A stretch of DNA of 64,000 nt, taken from Thermoproteota archaeon (GTDB taxonomy: Archaea; Korarchaeota; Korarchaeia; B14-G2). The stretch lies in the NCBI GenBank assembly GCA_037917675.1, contig JAVCBW010000036.1, positions 27,307 through 91,306 of the forward strand. Direction: 5' to 3'. The notes under the pieces were generated by a model. The model worked only from the letters and a program-made list of their open reading frames with translations. It was not told the origin of the DNA and ran no database searches. Position 1 is the stretch's first letter; each line of letters opens with the position of its first letter. The translations under genes and the position numbers were made by a program. Shown here piece by piece: positions 40,990 to 51,082 of the stretch.

Positions 40990-41688
40990 ATGCGGGACAT
41001 AGACCTAGATTTCTGGCTTCCAATTTATGGTGAGATAGCTCGCAAGCTTAAGCTAGACCCTGAGCAGGATAGGTATGCTGCTGTGATCTTAGACAAGCTT
41101 GCTTATGGTAAAGTTCTGCCCCAAGAAGCTCTCGAAGACGTGATTCATGGAAGGGAGGTGTATGTTCTCGGGAATGGTCCAAATCTCCCAAGAGACTTAA
41201 GAAGACACACGGCAGCTTTCCCTAAAGCTGTAGTGGTAGCTGCAGATGCTGCTGCTATAGTCTATAAGTCCATAGTAGGAAGGCCCCCAGACATCACGGT
41301 AACAGACTTAGATGGCCCAGTCTCCAGCATTCTGAGGCTAAAAACCATGCTGGTAGTACATGCTCATGGGGATAACATCCGAGAGCTCTTAGCGTATGTC
41401 CCCAGAATGCAGGTCCTTCATCCTACTACTCAGGTCGAGCCGCTAGGCTGTGTACATAACTATGGCGGGTTTACAGACGGAGATAGAGCAGCCTATCTTG
41501 CGCACGCATTTGGTGCATCATGCATTAAGCTGCTCGGTATGTGCTTCACTAGGCTTTCCAGCTATGACCTTTCTTCTGGAAAGGATGTCCGGAAGAAGAT
41601 TATGAAGCTGAAGATAGCTCAGTGGCTTCTAAGGTGCTTGAGAAGCGAGCTCAAAGCTAAAGTAGTAGACCTCTCAGGAACCTGCTGA
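40990..41688 (+). CDS. mptE: 6-hydroxymethyl-7,8-dihydropterin pyrophosphokinase
   Basis: VTDLDG, VHAHGDN, NYGGFTDGDRA. Confidence 0.88.
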   Translation: MRDIDLDFWLPIYGEIARKLKLDPEQDRYAAVILDKLAYGKVLPQEALEDVIHGREVYVLGNGPNLPRDLRRHTAAFPKAVVVAADAAAIVYKSIVGRPPDITVTDLDGPVSSILRLKTMLVVHAHGDNIRELLAYVPRMQVLHPTTQVEPLGCVHNYGGFTDGDRAAYLAHAFGASCIKLLGMCFTRLSSYDLSSGKDVRKKIMKLKIAQWLLRCLRSELKAKVVDLSGTC

Positions 41689-41727
41689 GCTAGAGAGTTG
41701 TGAGGCTCCAGCTGGAGCTGCTGGCAG

Positions 41728-42132
41728 TCATCCCTTCATCTCTTCAAGCTTCTGCTTAGCCATCGCAACTAGCCTGACCAAGTCTGCTGCTGTGAATATA
41801 CCTATGATCTCTCCCTCTTCCTCTACTGGAAGCCTCCTTATGCCCTTTGCTGCCATCACCTTAATTGCGTCCTCTACTGTTATATCTGGCTTAACTACAA
41901 TCAGTGGAGAGCTCATTATGTCCTTAACTTTCACCTTGCATATGTCTAGGTCACATGCTATAGCCTTAGTCAATACGTCTCTCTCGGTCACTATGCCTAT
42001 AGGCTCCCCATCTCTTGTCACAATGAGGCTTCCTATCCTCCTCTCTCCCATCAACTTTGCTGCTTCAGCTACAGTCCTATCCTCCTCAATCATGACAACA
42101 GGCTTTGACATGACGTCACGAATAGTTTTCAT
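41728..42132 (-). CDS. CBS domain pair protein
   Basis: Two CBS repeats: GIVTERD, IMSSPL, IRRLPV. Confidence 0.9.
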   Translation of the reverse strand: MKTIRDVMSKPVVMIEEDRTVAEAAKLMGERRIGSLIVTRDGEPIGIVTERDVLTKAIACDLDICKVKVKDIMSSPLIVVKPDITVEDAIKVMAAKGIRRLPVEEEGEIIGIFTAADLVRLVAMAKQKLEEMKG

Positions 42133-42173
42133 GAGAACCCCCCTATCCAAGCTGCTTTATGTTTAAACTTTTG

Positions 42174-42380
42174 CTAAGCCAGCCTGGTTTTCCTACGCTC
42201 TCTTGGCTTATAGTAGTATGCAAGCCCTTCATGCCTCTTCTCCCATGCTAGATGCTCATAATAGTGTCTTTCACAGAAGATCTCTCCGCAAAATGGGCAT
42301 TTGTATGCTTCCTCTTTGCTGAGCTCCTTACCGCAAACTGAGCATACAAGCTTCCCCCCTCCACCTTTTACTGAGCTCAT
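42174..42380 (-). CDS. Small zinc-finger protein (AN1-like)
   Basis: CSVC..CPFC..FCERH..H. Confidence 0.7.
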   Translation of the reverse strand: MSSVKGGGGKLVCSVCGKELSKEEAYKCPFCGEIFCERHYYEHLAWEKRHEGLAYYYKPRERRKTRLA

Positions 42381-42769
42381 GCCTATCACATCTTAAGCAT
42401 CTGGCCCCCAAAGCTAAGCTCGATTTAAATGTAGCTTAAAGCAAGCTAACCTTCAGTCATATTAGAGCTCGACTATAGTCTACTGCTTATGGGAAACATC
42501 TCCCAATAGTAGCCTCTTCACTTTAACTCTCAGCTGAGCTAGTATATGTTACATGGCTGCCTTGTCCTCTGCTCCTGCGTGGCTAAGCCATGCTACCAGC
42601 CTTTTAAAAGCAGAGGTATGGCTCTGAGAGCTTAAGCTCTTGAAACTTGCATTATTGGCACTATGCAGGTGTGTTGTTTTCCAGCATACTGTAGCAAGTT
42701 TGGTTGCGGAGTCATGGTTTAAGCTTTTTACGTTAGCCTAGGAAGGGGGCGTTGTACGAGGGTTGGAGG

Positions 42770-43750
42770 ATGGATGCTGGAAAGCTAAAGGTCGCTGTGG
42801 CACTAGGTTCTTCTTGTGCAGGCTGTGATGTGGCAATAGTAGACCTCGGAGAGAAGCTTCTTGAGGTCTTTGACAAAGTCGATATAGTCTACTGGCTTAC
42901 TGCATTCGATTATAAGCTAGAGGACTTGAGAGCTCTGGAAGATGGCTCAATAGACTATGCTCTATTTGATGGGTCCATAGGTACAAGCGAGGACAGGGAG
43001 ATAGCTGAGCTTCTAAGAGAGAAATCCAAGAAATTGGTTGCGTTCGGGGCATGTGCATGCTTTGGAGGCCTCCCCGGCCTAGCTAACTTGACTACGGCAA
43101 GGGAGCTTCTTGAGACAGTGTATGTGAAGACTGTAAGCACAAACAACCCAAGCAGAGTAATTCCACAGCCTGTGTCTCATGTAAATGACCTAGCCTTAAC
43201 TCTACCTGAGAAGCTTGACACAATGCTTCCTCTAAGTGACGTAGTTGAGGTAGACTACTTTGTGCCAGGATGCCCTCCCGAATCTGAGCTTGTAGAGAGG
43301 CTCTTTGCTGGAATTCTGACAGGAGAGATGCCTCCCAAGGGATCTACCTTTGCTGAAGAGTACACTCTCTGCGAGGACTGCCCTAGAGTGAAATCTGAGA
43401 CCAGGAAGATCCTTGAGATCAAAAGATATCACCTCACTAGAGCAGACCCTGAGAAGTGCTTCCTGGATCAAGGTATCCTCTGCATGGGGCCGGCTACAAG
43501 AGCTGGCTGTGGTGCAAAGTGCATAAAGGCAAACATGCCATGCAGGGGATGCATGGGGCCTACAGCCAATGTAAGAGACCAAGGTGCAAAGTTTCTGTCA
43601 GCTATCGCCTCCATACTAGGTGAGGATACAGCGACAGAGGAGGAGCTTATGAAGCTGGTAAACCAGATAGTTGATCCTGTTGGGTCATTCTACAGATTCA
43701 CGCTCCCTTCCTCAATCCTAAAGAGGAAAGTTGTTAAGGAGGGAGGCTGA
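42770..43750 (+). CDS. mvhG: Group 3c (Mvh-like) hydrogenase small subunit
   Basis: SCAGCD, GACACFGG, PGCPP, CMGPATRAGC, PCRGCMGP; no Tat signal. Confidence 0.88.
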   Translation: MDAGKLKVAVALGSSCAGCDVAIVDLGEKLLEVFDKVDIVYWLTAFDYKLEDLRALEDGSIDYALFDGSIGTSEDREIAELLREKSKKLVAFGACACFGGLPGLANLTTARELLETVYVKTVSTNNPSRVIPQPVSHVNDLALTLPEKLDTMLPLSDVVEVDYFVPGCPPESELVERLFAGILTGEMPPKGSTFAEEYTLCEDCPRVKSETRKILEIKRYHLTRADPEKCFLDQGILCMGPATRAGCGAKCIKANMPCRGCMGPTANVRDQGAKFLSAIASILGEDTATEEELMKLVNQIVDPVGSFYRFTLPSSILKRKVVKEGG

Positions 43751-45210
43751 TGCCAGCTAAAAAGGTTGTTATAAAGCCTATAACAAGGCTTGAGGGCCAT
43801 GGGAAGATAGACATATTCCTAGATGAAAGCGGAAACGTCAAGGACGCCTTCTTCCAAGTAGTTGAGATAAGAGGCTTCGAGAGGTTCTGTAAGGGTAGGC
43901 CTGTAGAAGAACTCCCCAGGATGACTCCCAGGATATGTGGAGTGTGCCCCTGGGCACACCACATGGCTTCTGCTAAGGCTGCAGACGCAGTCTACAAGTC
44001 TAAAATACCTCCTGCAGCTGAAAAGCTCAGGAGGCTAGGGTATGCTATGTTCTATATGCATGACCACTCACTCCACTTCTATGCGCTAGCTGCACCAGAC
44101 TTCATAGTCGGCCCTGGAGCACCTAAGAGTGAGAGAAACGTAGCTGGTCTGGTTAAGAAAGTCGGTATCGAAGTCGGGAGAAGGGTTCTCCGAGCTCTAC
44201 GACTGTTGCATGAGGCCAGAGAGATAATAGGTGGAAAATCTATCTCACCTGTGTTCGCTATACCAGGTGGAGTGAGCAAGCCTCTGACTGAGGAGGAACA
44301 CACCAAGCTGAAGGAGATAGCGGAGGAGGTATATGACTTCGCTAAAATGACCTTAGACATATTTCAAAAAGCTGTCTTAGAGAGCGAGGAGAATCTAAAG
44401 CTTCTAACCGGAGATGTCTACTATAATGAGACATATTACATGGGGCTCGTGAAAGATGGTGCTGTAGAGTACTATGATGGGAAGCTTAGAGTGATATCTC
44501 CTAAGGGAAAGGAATACGCCTCCTTCGAACCTGAACGGTACCTGGATTACATCGCTGAGCACGTTGAGCCATGGAGCTACCTGAAGTTCCCCTATCTCAA
44601 AGGGATCGGGTGGAAGGGGATTAAGGAAGGAGAGGACAGTGGGGTATACAGGGTTGGGCCGCTAGCTAGACTGAACGTAGCTTCCAAGATGTCGACTCCA
44701 ATCGCACAGGAGGCATATGAGAAGATGTTTGAGACCTTAGGGAAGCCATGTCACCACACGCTAGCATACCACTGGGCTAGAGTGATAGAAATCATGAACT
44801 GTGCTGAGATAGCAATGGATCTCCTAGATGATCCCGAGATAATGAGCAGGGAGGTCCATGAGCCCCCCTCTGAGGCTCCGAGTGAGGGCATCGGTGTGGT
44901 CGAAGCTCCCAGAGGAGTACTGATACACCACTACCTCACAGACGAGAATGGAGTAGTGAAGGACCTCAACCTAGTGGTTGCTACAGTCCATAACAATGCT
45001 GGAATAAATCTTTCAGTTAAGAGAGCAGCTCAGCACCTCATTCGAGGCGGGGTGATAGACGATAGGCTCCTTAACATGGTCGAGATGGCTTTCAGAGCTT
45101 ATGACCCCTGTCTAGCATGTGGTACACATGCTGCACCAGGTGGCATACCACTAGAGATCCGAGTAATAGATAGTACTGGAGCTATCATAAAAGTGCTCAG
45201 AAACTGGTAA
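43750..45210 (+). CDS. mvhA: Group 3c (Mvh-like) [NiFe]-hydrogenase large subunit
   Basis: TRLEGHG, RICGVC, LLNMVEMAFRAYDPCLACGTH. Confidence 0.92.
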   Translation: MPAKKVVIKPITRLEGHGKIDIFLDESGNVKDAFFQVVEIRGFERFCKGRPVEELPRMTPRICGVCPWAHHMASAKAADAVYKSKIPPAAEKLRRLGYAMFYMHDHSLHFYALAAPDFIVGPGAPKSERNVAGLVKKVGIEVGRRVLRALRLLHEAREIIGGKSISPVFAIPGGVSKPLTEEEHTKLKEIAEEVYDFAKMTLDIFQKAVLESEENLKLLTGDVYYNETYYMGLVKDGAVEYYDGKLRVISPKGKEYASFEPERYLDYIAEHVEPWSYLKFPYLKGIGWKGIKEGEDSGVYRVGPLARLNVASKMSTPIAQEAYEKMFETLGKPCHHTLAYHWARVIEIMNCAEIAMDLLDDPEIMSREVHEPPSEAPSEGIGVVEAPRGVLIHHYLTDENGVVKDLNLVVATVHNNAGINLSVKRAAQHLIRGGVIDDRLLNMVEMAFRAYDPCLACGTHAAPGGIPLEIRVIDSTGAIIKVLRNW

Positions 45211-45215
45211 CCAGA

Positions 45216-45674
45216 ATGAGAGTGGTAATAGCTGGAGTAGGCTCCTTGCTCCACGAATATGACAGTATAGGGCTGCTAGTAGCTAGGAGGCTGAAGAAAA
45301 AGCTTGCTGGAAAGGCTGATATAAAGGAAGTGGAGAGCGACTACATATCTCTGCTACATGAGATAGCTGGATACGATGTAGCTATAATTGTCGACGCTTT
45401 TCTTAGTGCCAGCAGCGAGCTTGTTATACTCTCAGCCAGAGACCTCCCAGCTACCCACCCTTATCTGACACATGGTATAGATCTGAAGAGCGCTATTGAA
45501 ATTGCTGAAGCTTGTAGCTATGAGATTCCTACAGAGATTCTGCTAGTAGGGATCCCAGTGTCTCCAGACACATTCAATAGCTGTGCTCCTATTGGGGAGG
45601 AGACCTTAAAGCTATGTGATGAAGCTACTAAGTTGATAGCTGAGATGGTGGAGGTGCTTCTTGATGGAGGATAG
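45216..45674 (+). CDS. Hydrogenase maturation protease
   Basis: GVGSLLHEYDSIG, IIVDA, LTHG; follows mvhA. Confidence 0.8.
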   Translation: MRVVIAGVGSLLHEYDSIGLLVARRLKKKLAGKADIKEVESDYISLLHEIAGYDVAIIVDAFLSASSELVILSARDLPATHPYLTHGIDLKSAIEIAEACSYEIPTEILLVGIPVSPDTFNSCAPIGEETLKLCDEATKLIAEMVEVLLDGG

Positions 45675-46713
45675 GATACTCTTTGCCCATGGAGCTGGAG
45701 GCACTCTGATGCAAGAGCTGATAAAAAGCTGTATACTGAGGTACCTTGGAGGTAGCTCTGTTGAAGTCCCATTAGAGGCTCTCGATGATGCAGCTGTTAT
45801 AGATGGGATAGTGCTAAAGTCTGATTCCCATACTGTCAAGCCTCTTTTCTTCCCTGGTGGAGACATAGGGAGGCTGGCTGTAGCTGGAACTGTAAATGAC
45901 ATAGCTGTCCTTGGTGCTGAGCCACTAGCTCTAGCTGCAGGGCTCATAATAGAGGAGGGCTTCCCAATAAGAGACTTAGAGAGGATACTAGCTAGCATGC
46001 GAGACACATGTGCTGAAGCAGGAGTTCACGTGATAACGGGAGACACAAAGGTTGTTGAGCAGGGTGCTCTGGATAAGCTTGTGATAAACACGAGTGGAGT
46101 TGGAAGGAGGAGTGAGCTGCTAGACTATAACATGCAGGTTGTCAGGAGATATAGGAATTTTGATGCAAGGTGGCTTCTAGACTCGAACATAAGGCCAGGA
46201 GACAAGATAATAGTATCGGGGACCATCGGAGACCACGGTATAGCTTTGCTCTCATTTAGAGAGGGATATGGATTCGAGTCAGAGGTTGTAAGCGACGTCA
46301 GGCCTCTGAACAACATGATATCCAAGGTGCTAGAGGTTGGAGGGGTTGTAGCCATGAAAGACCCGACGAGAGGCGGTTTGGCTAATGCTCTCAATGAGTG
46401 GGCTGAGAAGTCACATGTTGGTATCTTGATATATGAGGACAAGATTCCAATAAGGCCTGCTGTCAGAGCTGCCAGCGAGATGCTCGGCATAGATCCGCTC
46501 GAAGTAGGTAATGAGGGGAAGGTTGTAGCTGCTGTGGTCCCAGAGATGGCTGACGATGTCTTAGAGGCCATGCGGGAGACTAAAGAGGGCAGAGATGCTG
46601 AGGTCATCGGGGAGGCTACATCAGAGTTCCATGAGGTTGTCTTAGAGACTTCTGTTGGAGGCCGTCGAGTACTGCCTCCACCATTAGGAGACCCTGTCCC
46701 CAGGATATGCTAG
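45664..46713 (+). CDS. hypE: Hydrogenase maturation carbamoyl dehydratase
   Basis: AHGAGG, FFPGGDIG, DPTRGG, C-terminal PRIC. Confidence 0.96.
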   Translation: MEDRILFAHGAGGTLMQELIKSCILRYLGGSSVEVPLEALDDAAVIDGIVLKSDSHTVKPLFFPGGDIGRLAVAGTVNDIAVLGAEPLALAAGLIIEEGFPIRDLERILASMRDTCAEAGVHVITGDTKVVEQGALDKLVINTSGVGRRSELLDYNMQVVRRYRNFDARWLLDSNIRPGDKIIVSGTIGDHGIALLSFREGYGFESEVVSDVRPLNNMISKVLEVGGVVAMKDPTRGGLANALNEWAEKSHVGILIYEDKIPIRPAVRAASEMLGIDPLEVGNEGKVVAAVVPEMADDVLEAMRETKEGRDAEVIGEATSEFHEVVLETSVGGRRVLPPPLGDPVPRIC

Positions 46714-47795
46714 CCTCTCCTACGCCCATACTTATACTCAATGGCACAGCTCCCCTCTATTGAAACCATACATGGGCCAACTGGATGCTGTGGTGTACAG
46801 GCTTCTCCAAATAGAGGGCAGTCTGCAGGCTCCTTCAGCCCTCTCAGTATCTCATCGCACTTACAGCCCTTAGGCTTCACATAGGGTATCTCATGGACCT
46901 TCCTGAGCTCGTCCTCATACCTCTTTCTCGCGTCATAGTCCTCGAACTCTCTCTTGAGCTTCATTCCTGAGCTTGGCACCACTGGAAAGCCTCTCCACTC
47001 GATGTCCACTGGCTCAAACACCTCATCCATTACCCTAAGTGCTTTAGGATTCCCTTCATACCTCACTGATCTAGTATACTCATTTTCTACCTTAGCTTCG
47101 CCACCAGCAACTTGCCTTGCTATCATATAGACTGCCATGAGGACGTCTAAGGGCTCAAAACCAGCTATGACCTGTGGTATCCTATACTTCCTCGATAGAG
47201 GCTCATATGGCTTCACCCCTATTATCGTGCTGACATGCCCCGGCTCTATAAGCCCATCTAGCCTGACTTCTCCCATCTCCAATATTGCTTCAAGTACTGG
47301 TGGGACATATCTATGGCAGGTTAAGACTGTGAAGCTCTCTGGAGGATTCTTGAGGAGCGTTGCTGCTGTGCTTGGCGCTGTAGTTTCGAAGCCTATTGCC
47401 ATAAACACAGTCTCTCTGCCTTCAACTGCAAGCTTTACCGCATCCTCTATACTATAAACAACTCTCACATCATATCCTCTAGCTCTCACCTGAGCTAGGG
47501 ACTTCGTTATTCCAGGCACCCTATATGCGTCTCCGAATACTGCAACTGTCTTCCCTGCTTCAGCTAAGGCTACTGCCTCCTCAAATTCCCTAGCTGTTGT
47601 CACACAGACTGGGCATCCTGGCCCTGCCACAACCTTCACTCCGACCTTCTTCAGCATACCATCTAGCCCAAATTTGATGATTGTGTCCTGATGTGTCCCA
47701 CAGACATGCATTATCTTGAGTCTGAGGTTCATCTGCCTGAGTCTATCAATTATCCTCTCAGCTAGCTCCCTGCTCCTGTATCTGAACTTCAGCAT
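46710..47795 (-). CDS. hypD: Hydrogenase maturation protein HypD
   Basis: HVCGTH, GPGCPVC, GFETT, GPCMVSIEGSC; start at ATG 47795. Confidence 0.96.
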   Translation of the reverse strand: MLKFRYRSRELAERIIDRLRQMNLRLKIMHVCGTHQDTIIKFGLDGMLKKVGVKVVAGPGCPVCVTTAREFEEAVALAEAGKTVAVFGDAYRVPGITKSLAQVRARGYDVRVVYSIEDAVKLAVEGRETVFMAIGFETTAPSTAATLLKNPPESFTVLTCHRYVPPVLEAILEMGEVRLDGLIEPGHVSTIIGVKPYEPLSRKYRIPQVIAGFEPLDVLMAVYMIARQVAGGEAKVENEYTRSVRYEGNPKALRVMDEVFEPVDIEWRGFPVVPSSGMKLKREFEDYDARKRYEDELRKVHEIPYVKPKGCKCDEILRGLKEPADCPLFGEACTPQHPVGPCMVSIEGSCAIEYKYGRRRG

Positions 47796-48018
47796 CCTCA
47801 ACCCCATAGGACAGCATCTCTTCCCATATCCTGAGGATCTCTTCTGCCTCTTTTTCGTCAAGTACCTGTATAGCGAAGCCAGCATGTACTATGACATACT
47901 GCCCTGGCTGTACGTCTACGAGCGACACGTTTACTTCTCTCAGGATACCATCTCCAAAGTCTACTTTCGCTTTGTCTCCACTTACCTCCAGGACCCTAGC
48001 TGGTATCGCTAAACACAT
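47758..48018 (-). CDS. hypC: Hydrogenase chaperone HypC
   Basis: MCLAIPA, VHAGFAI. Confidence 0.96.
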   Translation of the reverse strand: MCLAIPARVLEVSGDKAKVDFGDGILREVNVSLVDVQPGQYVIVHAGFAIQVLDEKEAEEILRIWEEMLSYGVEDAEVQIQEQGAS

Positions 48019-48056
48019 ATCAGGTTCAAGCTCTACACGTATTTAAGCTAGTGAGC

Positions 48057-50327
48057 TCAGCTCCACTTAAATGCTGTATAGTATGCCTGTCCCACTGATA
48101 TCCCAGCGTCTCCAGGTGGAATCTCGCTGTGGACTAGAAGCTTGAGCCCAGCTTTCTCTACTGTCCTCTTGACTTCCATCACTATAGCCTCGTTGTAAGC
48201 TACTCCACCTGAAAAGCCTACTGCCTTCACTCCCATGTCTAGCGCAGCATCTATAGCTAGCTCAGCTAGCCCTCTAGCTATGTAGGCTTGAGCTGAGCAG
48301 GCTAGGTCAGCTGGCTTTTCTCTGCCTAGCCTACTGTAAAGCTCAGCAAATAGGCTTGTAGTCAATAGAACTCCCCCCCTTATCTCAGGCTGTAGTCTGA
48401 GCGTGTCCTTGCCCTGAGCAGCGAACGCCTCTAGCTTCATGGCAGGCTCCCCTTCATATGTCCTCTCATAGCATATACCTAACAGAGCTGACACAGCATC
48501 TAGGACCCTACCGCAGCTTGATGTGAGAGGGCCTGCTTTACGCTTTATTTGCTTGACAACCACCTCAACCTCCCTTTCACCATGTGGGAGCGTCTTAGAG
48601 TTCTCTTCAAGCCATTCCTCAGCTACACCTAGCCTGTAGAGGATCGACGCAGTCATCCTAGCAGGATATCTGGTTGCTAGATCTCCTCCTGGCATTACAT
48701 GCTGCTCTAAGTGCCCGAGCCTCTTGTAGCCTTCCCTATTGCAGTATAAAATCTCTCCACCCCATGCTTCTTCTCCTGGCCCATATCCATAGCCATCACA
48801 TGAAAGCCCTACCAGCTCATCTAAGCCCTTCTCTGCCATCAGGCTCGCTATGTGAGCGTGATGGTGTTGTACTTTCTCGACTGGAGCTCCGAGCTCCTCT
48901 GCTATTCTCCTAGCTAGCCTTGTTGTGTGGAATGCTGGATGGAGGTCACATGCTATAACACTAGGCTCAGCTCCAACTAGCCTTAGCAGGTGTATTGTAG
49001 CTTCCTCGAGATACCTTAGGGTCTCAAGCCTCTCTACATCCCCTATATGCTGTGAAGCAAAGCATCTCTTCCCTGTCAGGATACATGATGTCACACGCTT
49101 TTCTCCTCCTAGAGCGAGGACTTCAGTATTGAGCTCTCTCTTGAGCTCTATTGGAGCCGGAGCATAGCCTCTAGATCTCCTTATCAGAGCTGTGCTCTCA
49201 GCTACAACTCTCAGCACAGAGTCGTCGCATCTCTGAGCTATTCTCCTGTTGTGGAGAAGAAAGTAGTCTGCTATACCCCCAAGCTTCCTGATCGCCTCGC
49301 TATTGTCCTTTATTATGGGCTCATCTGGTGGATTAGCGCTAGTCATCACGAAGGCTGGCTCTCTAGACCAGTCAAACATCATTATATGCATCCCTGTATA
49401 GGGTAGCATTACCCCAACCGTGTGGAGCCCTGGGCTTATCTGATCAGAGAGGTAGTAGCTTTCACTTTTCTTTAAAAGGACTATAGGCCTCATGTAGGAT
49501 TTGAGCATCTTCTCTTCTAGCGGAGTGACCTCTGCAAAGGTCTTCACAGCATCTAGATCCCTAGCCATTATAGCGAACGGCTTCCGTCTCCTATGCTTCA
49601 CAGCTCTAAGCCTCAGTATAGGCTCTGAATCTGTCGTCGCTGTAGCCATGTGGAATCCTCCAATTCCCTTAACTGCTATGACATGCCCTTCATCTATGAG
49701 CTTCCCTACTTCTCTAACAGGGTCCTTAACATCTATCTCCTCTCCACTTCTGTCAGTCAGGTAGACTCTAGGCCCACAAGCTGGACATGCTATGGTCTGT
49801 GCGTGAAATCTCCTGTCAAGTGGGTTTTCATATTCTTCTCTACACCGGCTACACATTGGAAAGTCGATCATTGTCGTGTTAGGTCTGTCATATGGCAGCT
49901 TCTCTATGGCTGTGAACCTTGGCCCGCAGTTCGTACATGTTATGAAGAAGTAGCTGTACCTTCTATCTGATGGATCTCTCATCTCCCTGATGCAGTCGTC
50001 ACATATCGAGACGTCTGGTGGTATTATGGAGGCTCTCCTGCTCCTCCTAGAGCTACTCTTTCTTATTTCAAACCTGCTGAACTCCCCTCTGCTATCCGTG
50101 AACGCTGTTTCAAGTGAAAATATCTTTGCGAGTGGAGGCTTCTTCTCTCTTATCTCCCTTATAAACCTCCTGATGCTGTCCTCATCTCCCTCTACTACGA
50201 TGAGTACTGTAGCATCTCCTCTATTCTGGACAAAGCCTACTAGCCCATGTGATACTGCTAGCCTATAGATGAATGGCCTAAATCCCACTCCCTGAACGAT
50301 CCCTGTGACCGTTATCTCAGCTCTCAT
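48057..50327 (-). CDS. hypF: Carbamoyltransferase HypF
   Basis: GIVQGVGFRPF, CTNCGPR, QHHHAH, PPGDAGISVGQ. Confidence 0.97.
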   Translation of the reverse strand: MRAEITVTGIVQGVGFRPFIYRLAVSHGLVGFVQNRGDATVLIVVEGDEDSIRRFIREIREKKPPLAKIFSLETAFTDSRGEFSRFEIRKSSSRRSRRASIIPPDVSICDDCIREMRDPSDRRYSYFFITCTNCGPRFTAIEKLPYDRPNTTMIDFPMCSRCREEYENPLDRRFHAQTIACPACGPRVYLTDRSGEEIDVKDPVREVGKLIDEGHVIAVKGIGGFHMATATTDSEPILRLRAVKHRRRKPFAIMARDLDAVKTFAEVTPLEEKMLKSYMRPIVLLKKSESYYLSDQISPGLHTVGVMLPYTGMHIMMFDWSREPAFVMTSANPPDEPIIKDNSEAIRKLGGIADYFLLHNRRIAQRCDDSVLRVVAESTALIRRSRGYAPAPIELKRELNTEVLALGGEKRVTSCILTGKRCFASQHIGDVERLETLRYLEEATIHLLRLVGAEPSVIACDLHPAFHTTRLARRIAEELGAPVEKVQHHHAHIASLMAEKGLDELVGLSCDGYGYGPGEEAWGGEILYCNREGYKRLGHLEQHVMPGGDLATRYPARMTASILYRLGVAEEWLEENSKTLPHGEREVEVVVKQIKRKAGPLTSSCGRVLDAVSALLGICYERTYEGEPAMKLEAFAAQGKDTLRLQPEIRGGVLLTTSLFAELYSRLGREKPADLACSAQAYIARGLAELAIDAALDMGVKAVGFSGGVAYNEAIVMEVKRTVEKAGLKLLVHSEIPPGDAGISVGQAYYTAFKWS

Positions 50328-50383
50328 TTCACTGTAGCTTAGCTAGCGGAGCCTTTAAAGGGAGCGCTCTGCTCTCGTAGCCT

Positions 50384-51076
50384 ATGCTGCCACATGTCCC
50401 TGATGTTATATGGGAGCCTGGTGTATGCAAGTTTAGAGGATTGTCTATAGCATTAGCTGTGGTTCAAGGTGTCTCTGTGGTGAGAGGGCAGCCTGAAGTC
50501 GATGAGCTTAGGAGGAGAGTTGAGGAGAAGGTGAAAGCAAGCTATGATCTCAGTTCACTAAAGGATGTCTCCTATATCAGAGCTTACAGAGACTTTTTCT
50601 GGAGAATGGGGGTTGACCCAACTAAGCATAGACCTGCATCCGAGGCACTGATAAGGAGGATCCTGAGGGGGCAGGGTATCCCTAGGATACTAAATGTAGT
50701 AGACTTGTATAACATCGCTTCAGTAGAGACTTTAGTGACTATGAGCGCATATGACTTAGAAAAGGTCTCTCCTCCTCTCAATGTGAGGTTTGCCAGAGCT
50801 GGAGAGGAGGTTTTCCTCATAGGATCTAGGAGGATGAAGCTAGCTGGCCGTGAGCTAGTCTTAGCTGACGCAGAGAAGGTGCTCTGTGTCTATGTGCATG
50901 GTGATGTCGATGAATGTAAGGTCACCGAGAGGACCAGAAGCTTGCTGCTCGTAGCATATGGTGCTCCAGGAATTCCATCAATTTCTGTGAGAGCTAGCCT
51001 CGAGAAGGCTGTGAGATATATAGTAGAGTATGCTAGGGGGCCATCGTCTGATGTAATTCTACATGAGTGTACTTGA
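50384..51076 (+). CDS. B3/B4 domain (PheRS editing-like) protein
   Basis: AYRDFFWRMGVDPTKHRPASEALIRR, NVVDLYN. Confidence 0.85.
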   Translation: MLPHVPDVIWEPGVCKFRGLSIALAVVQGVSVVRGQPEVDELRRRVEEKVKASYDLSSLKDVSYIRAYRDFFWRMGVDPTKHRPASEALIRRILRGQGIPRILNVVDLYNIASVETLVTMSAYDLEKVSPPLNVRFARAGEEVFLIGSRRMKLAGRELVLADAEKVLCVYVHGDVDECKVTERTRSLLLVAYGAPGIPSISVRASLEKAVRYIVEYARGPSSDVILHECT

Positions 51077-51082
51077 GGTGAT

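Noticed and set aside
42390-42769. Inverted repeats upstream of mvhG (TGGGA/TCCCA, AAACTTGC/GCAAGTTT) as a riboswitch
   Set aside because: Short stems expected by chance, with no recognisable aptamer consensus.
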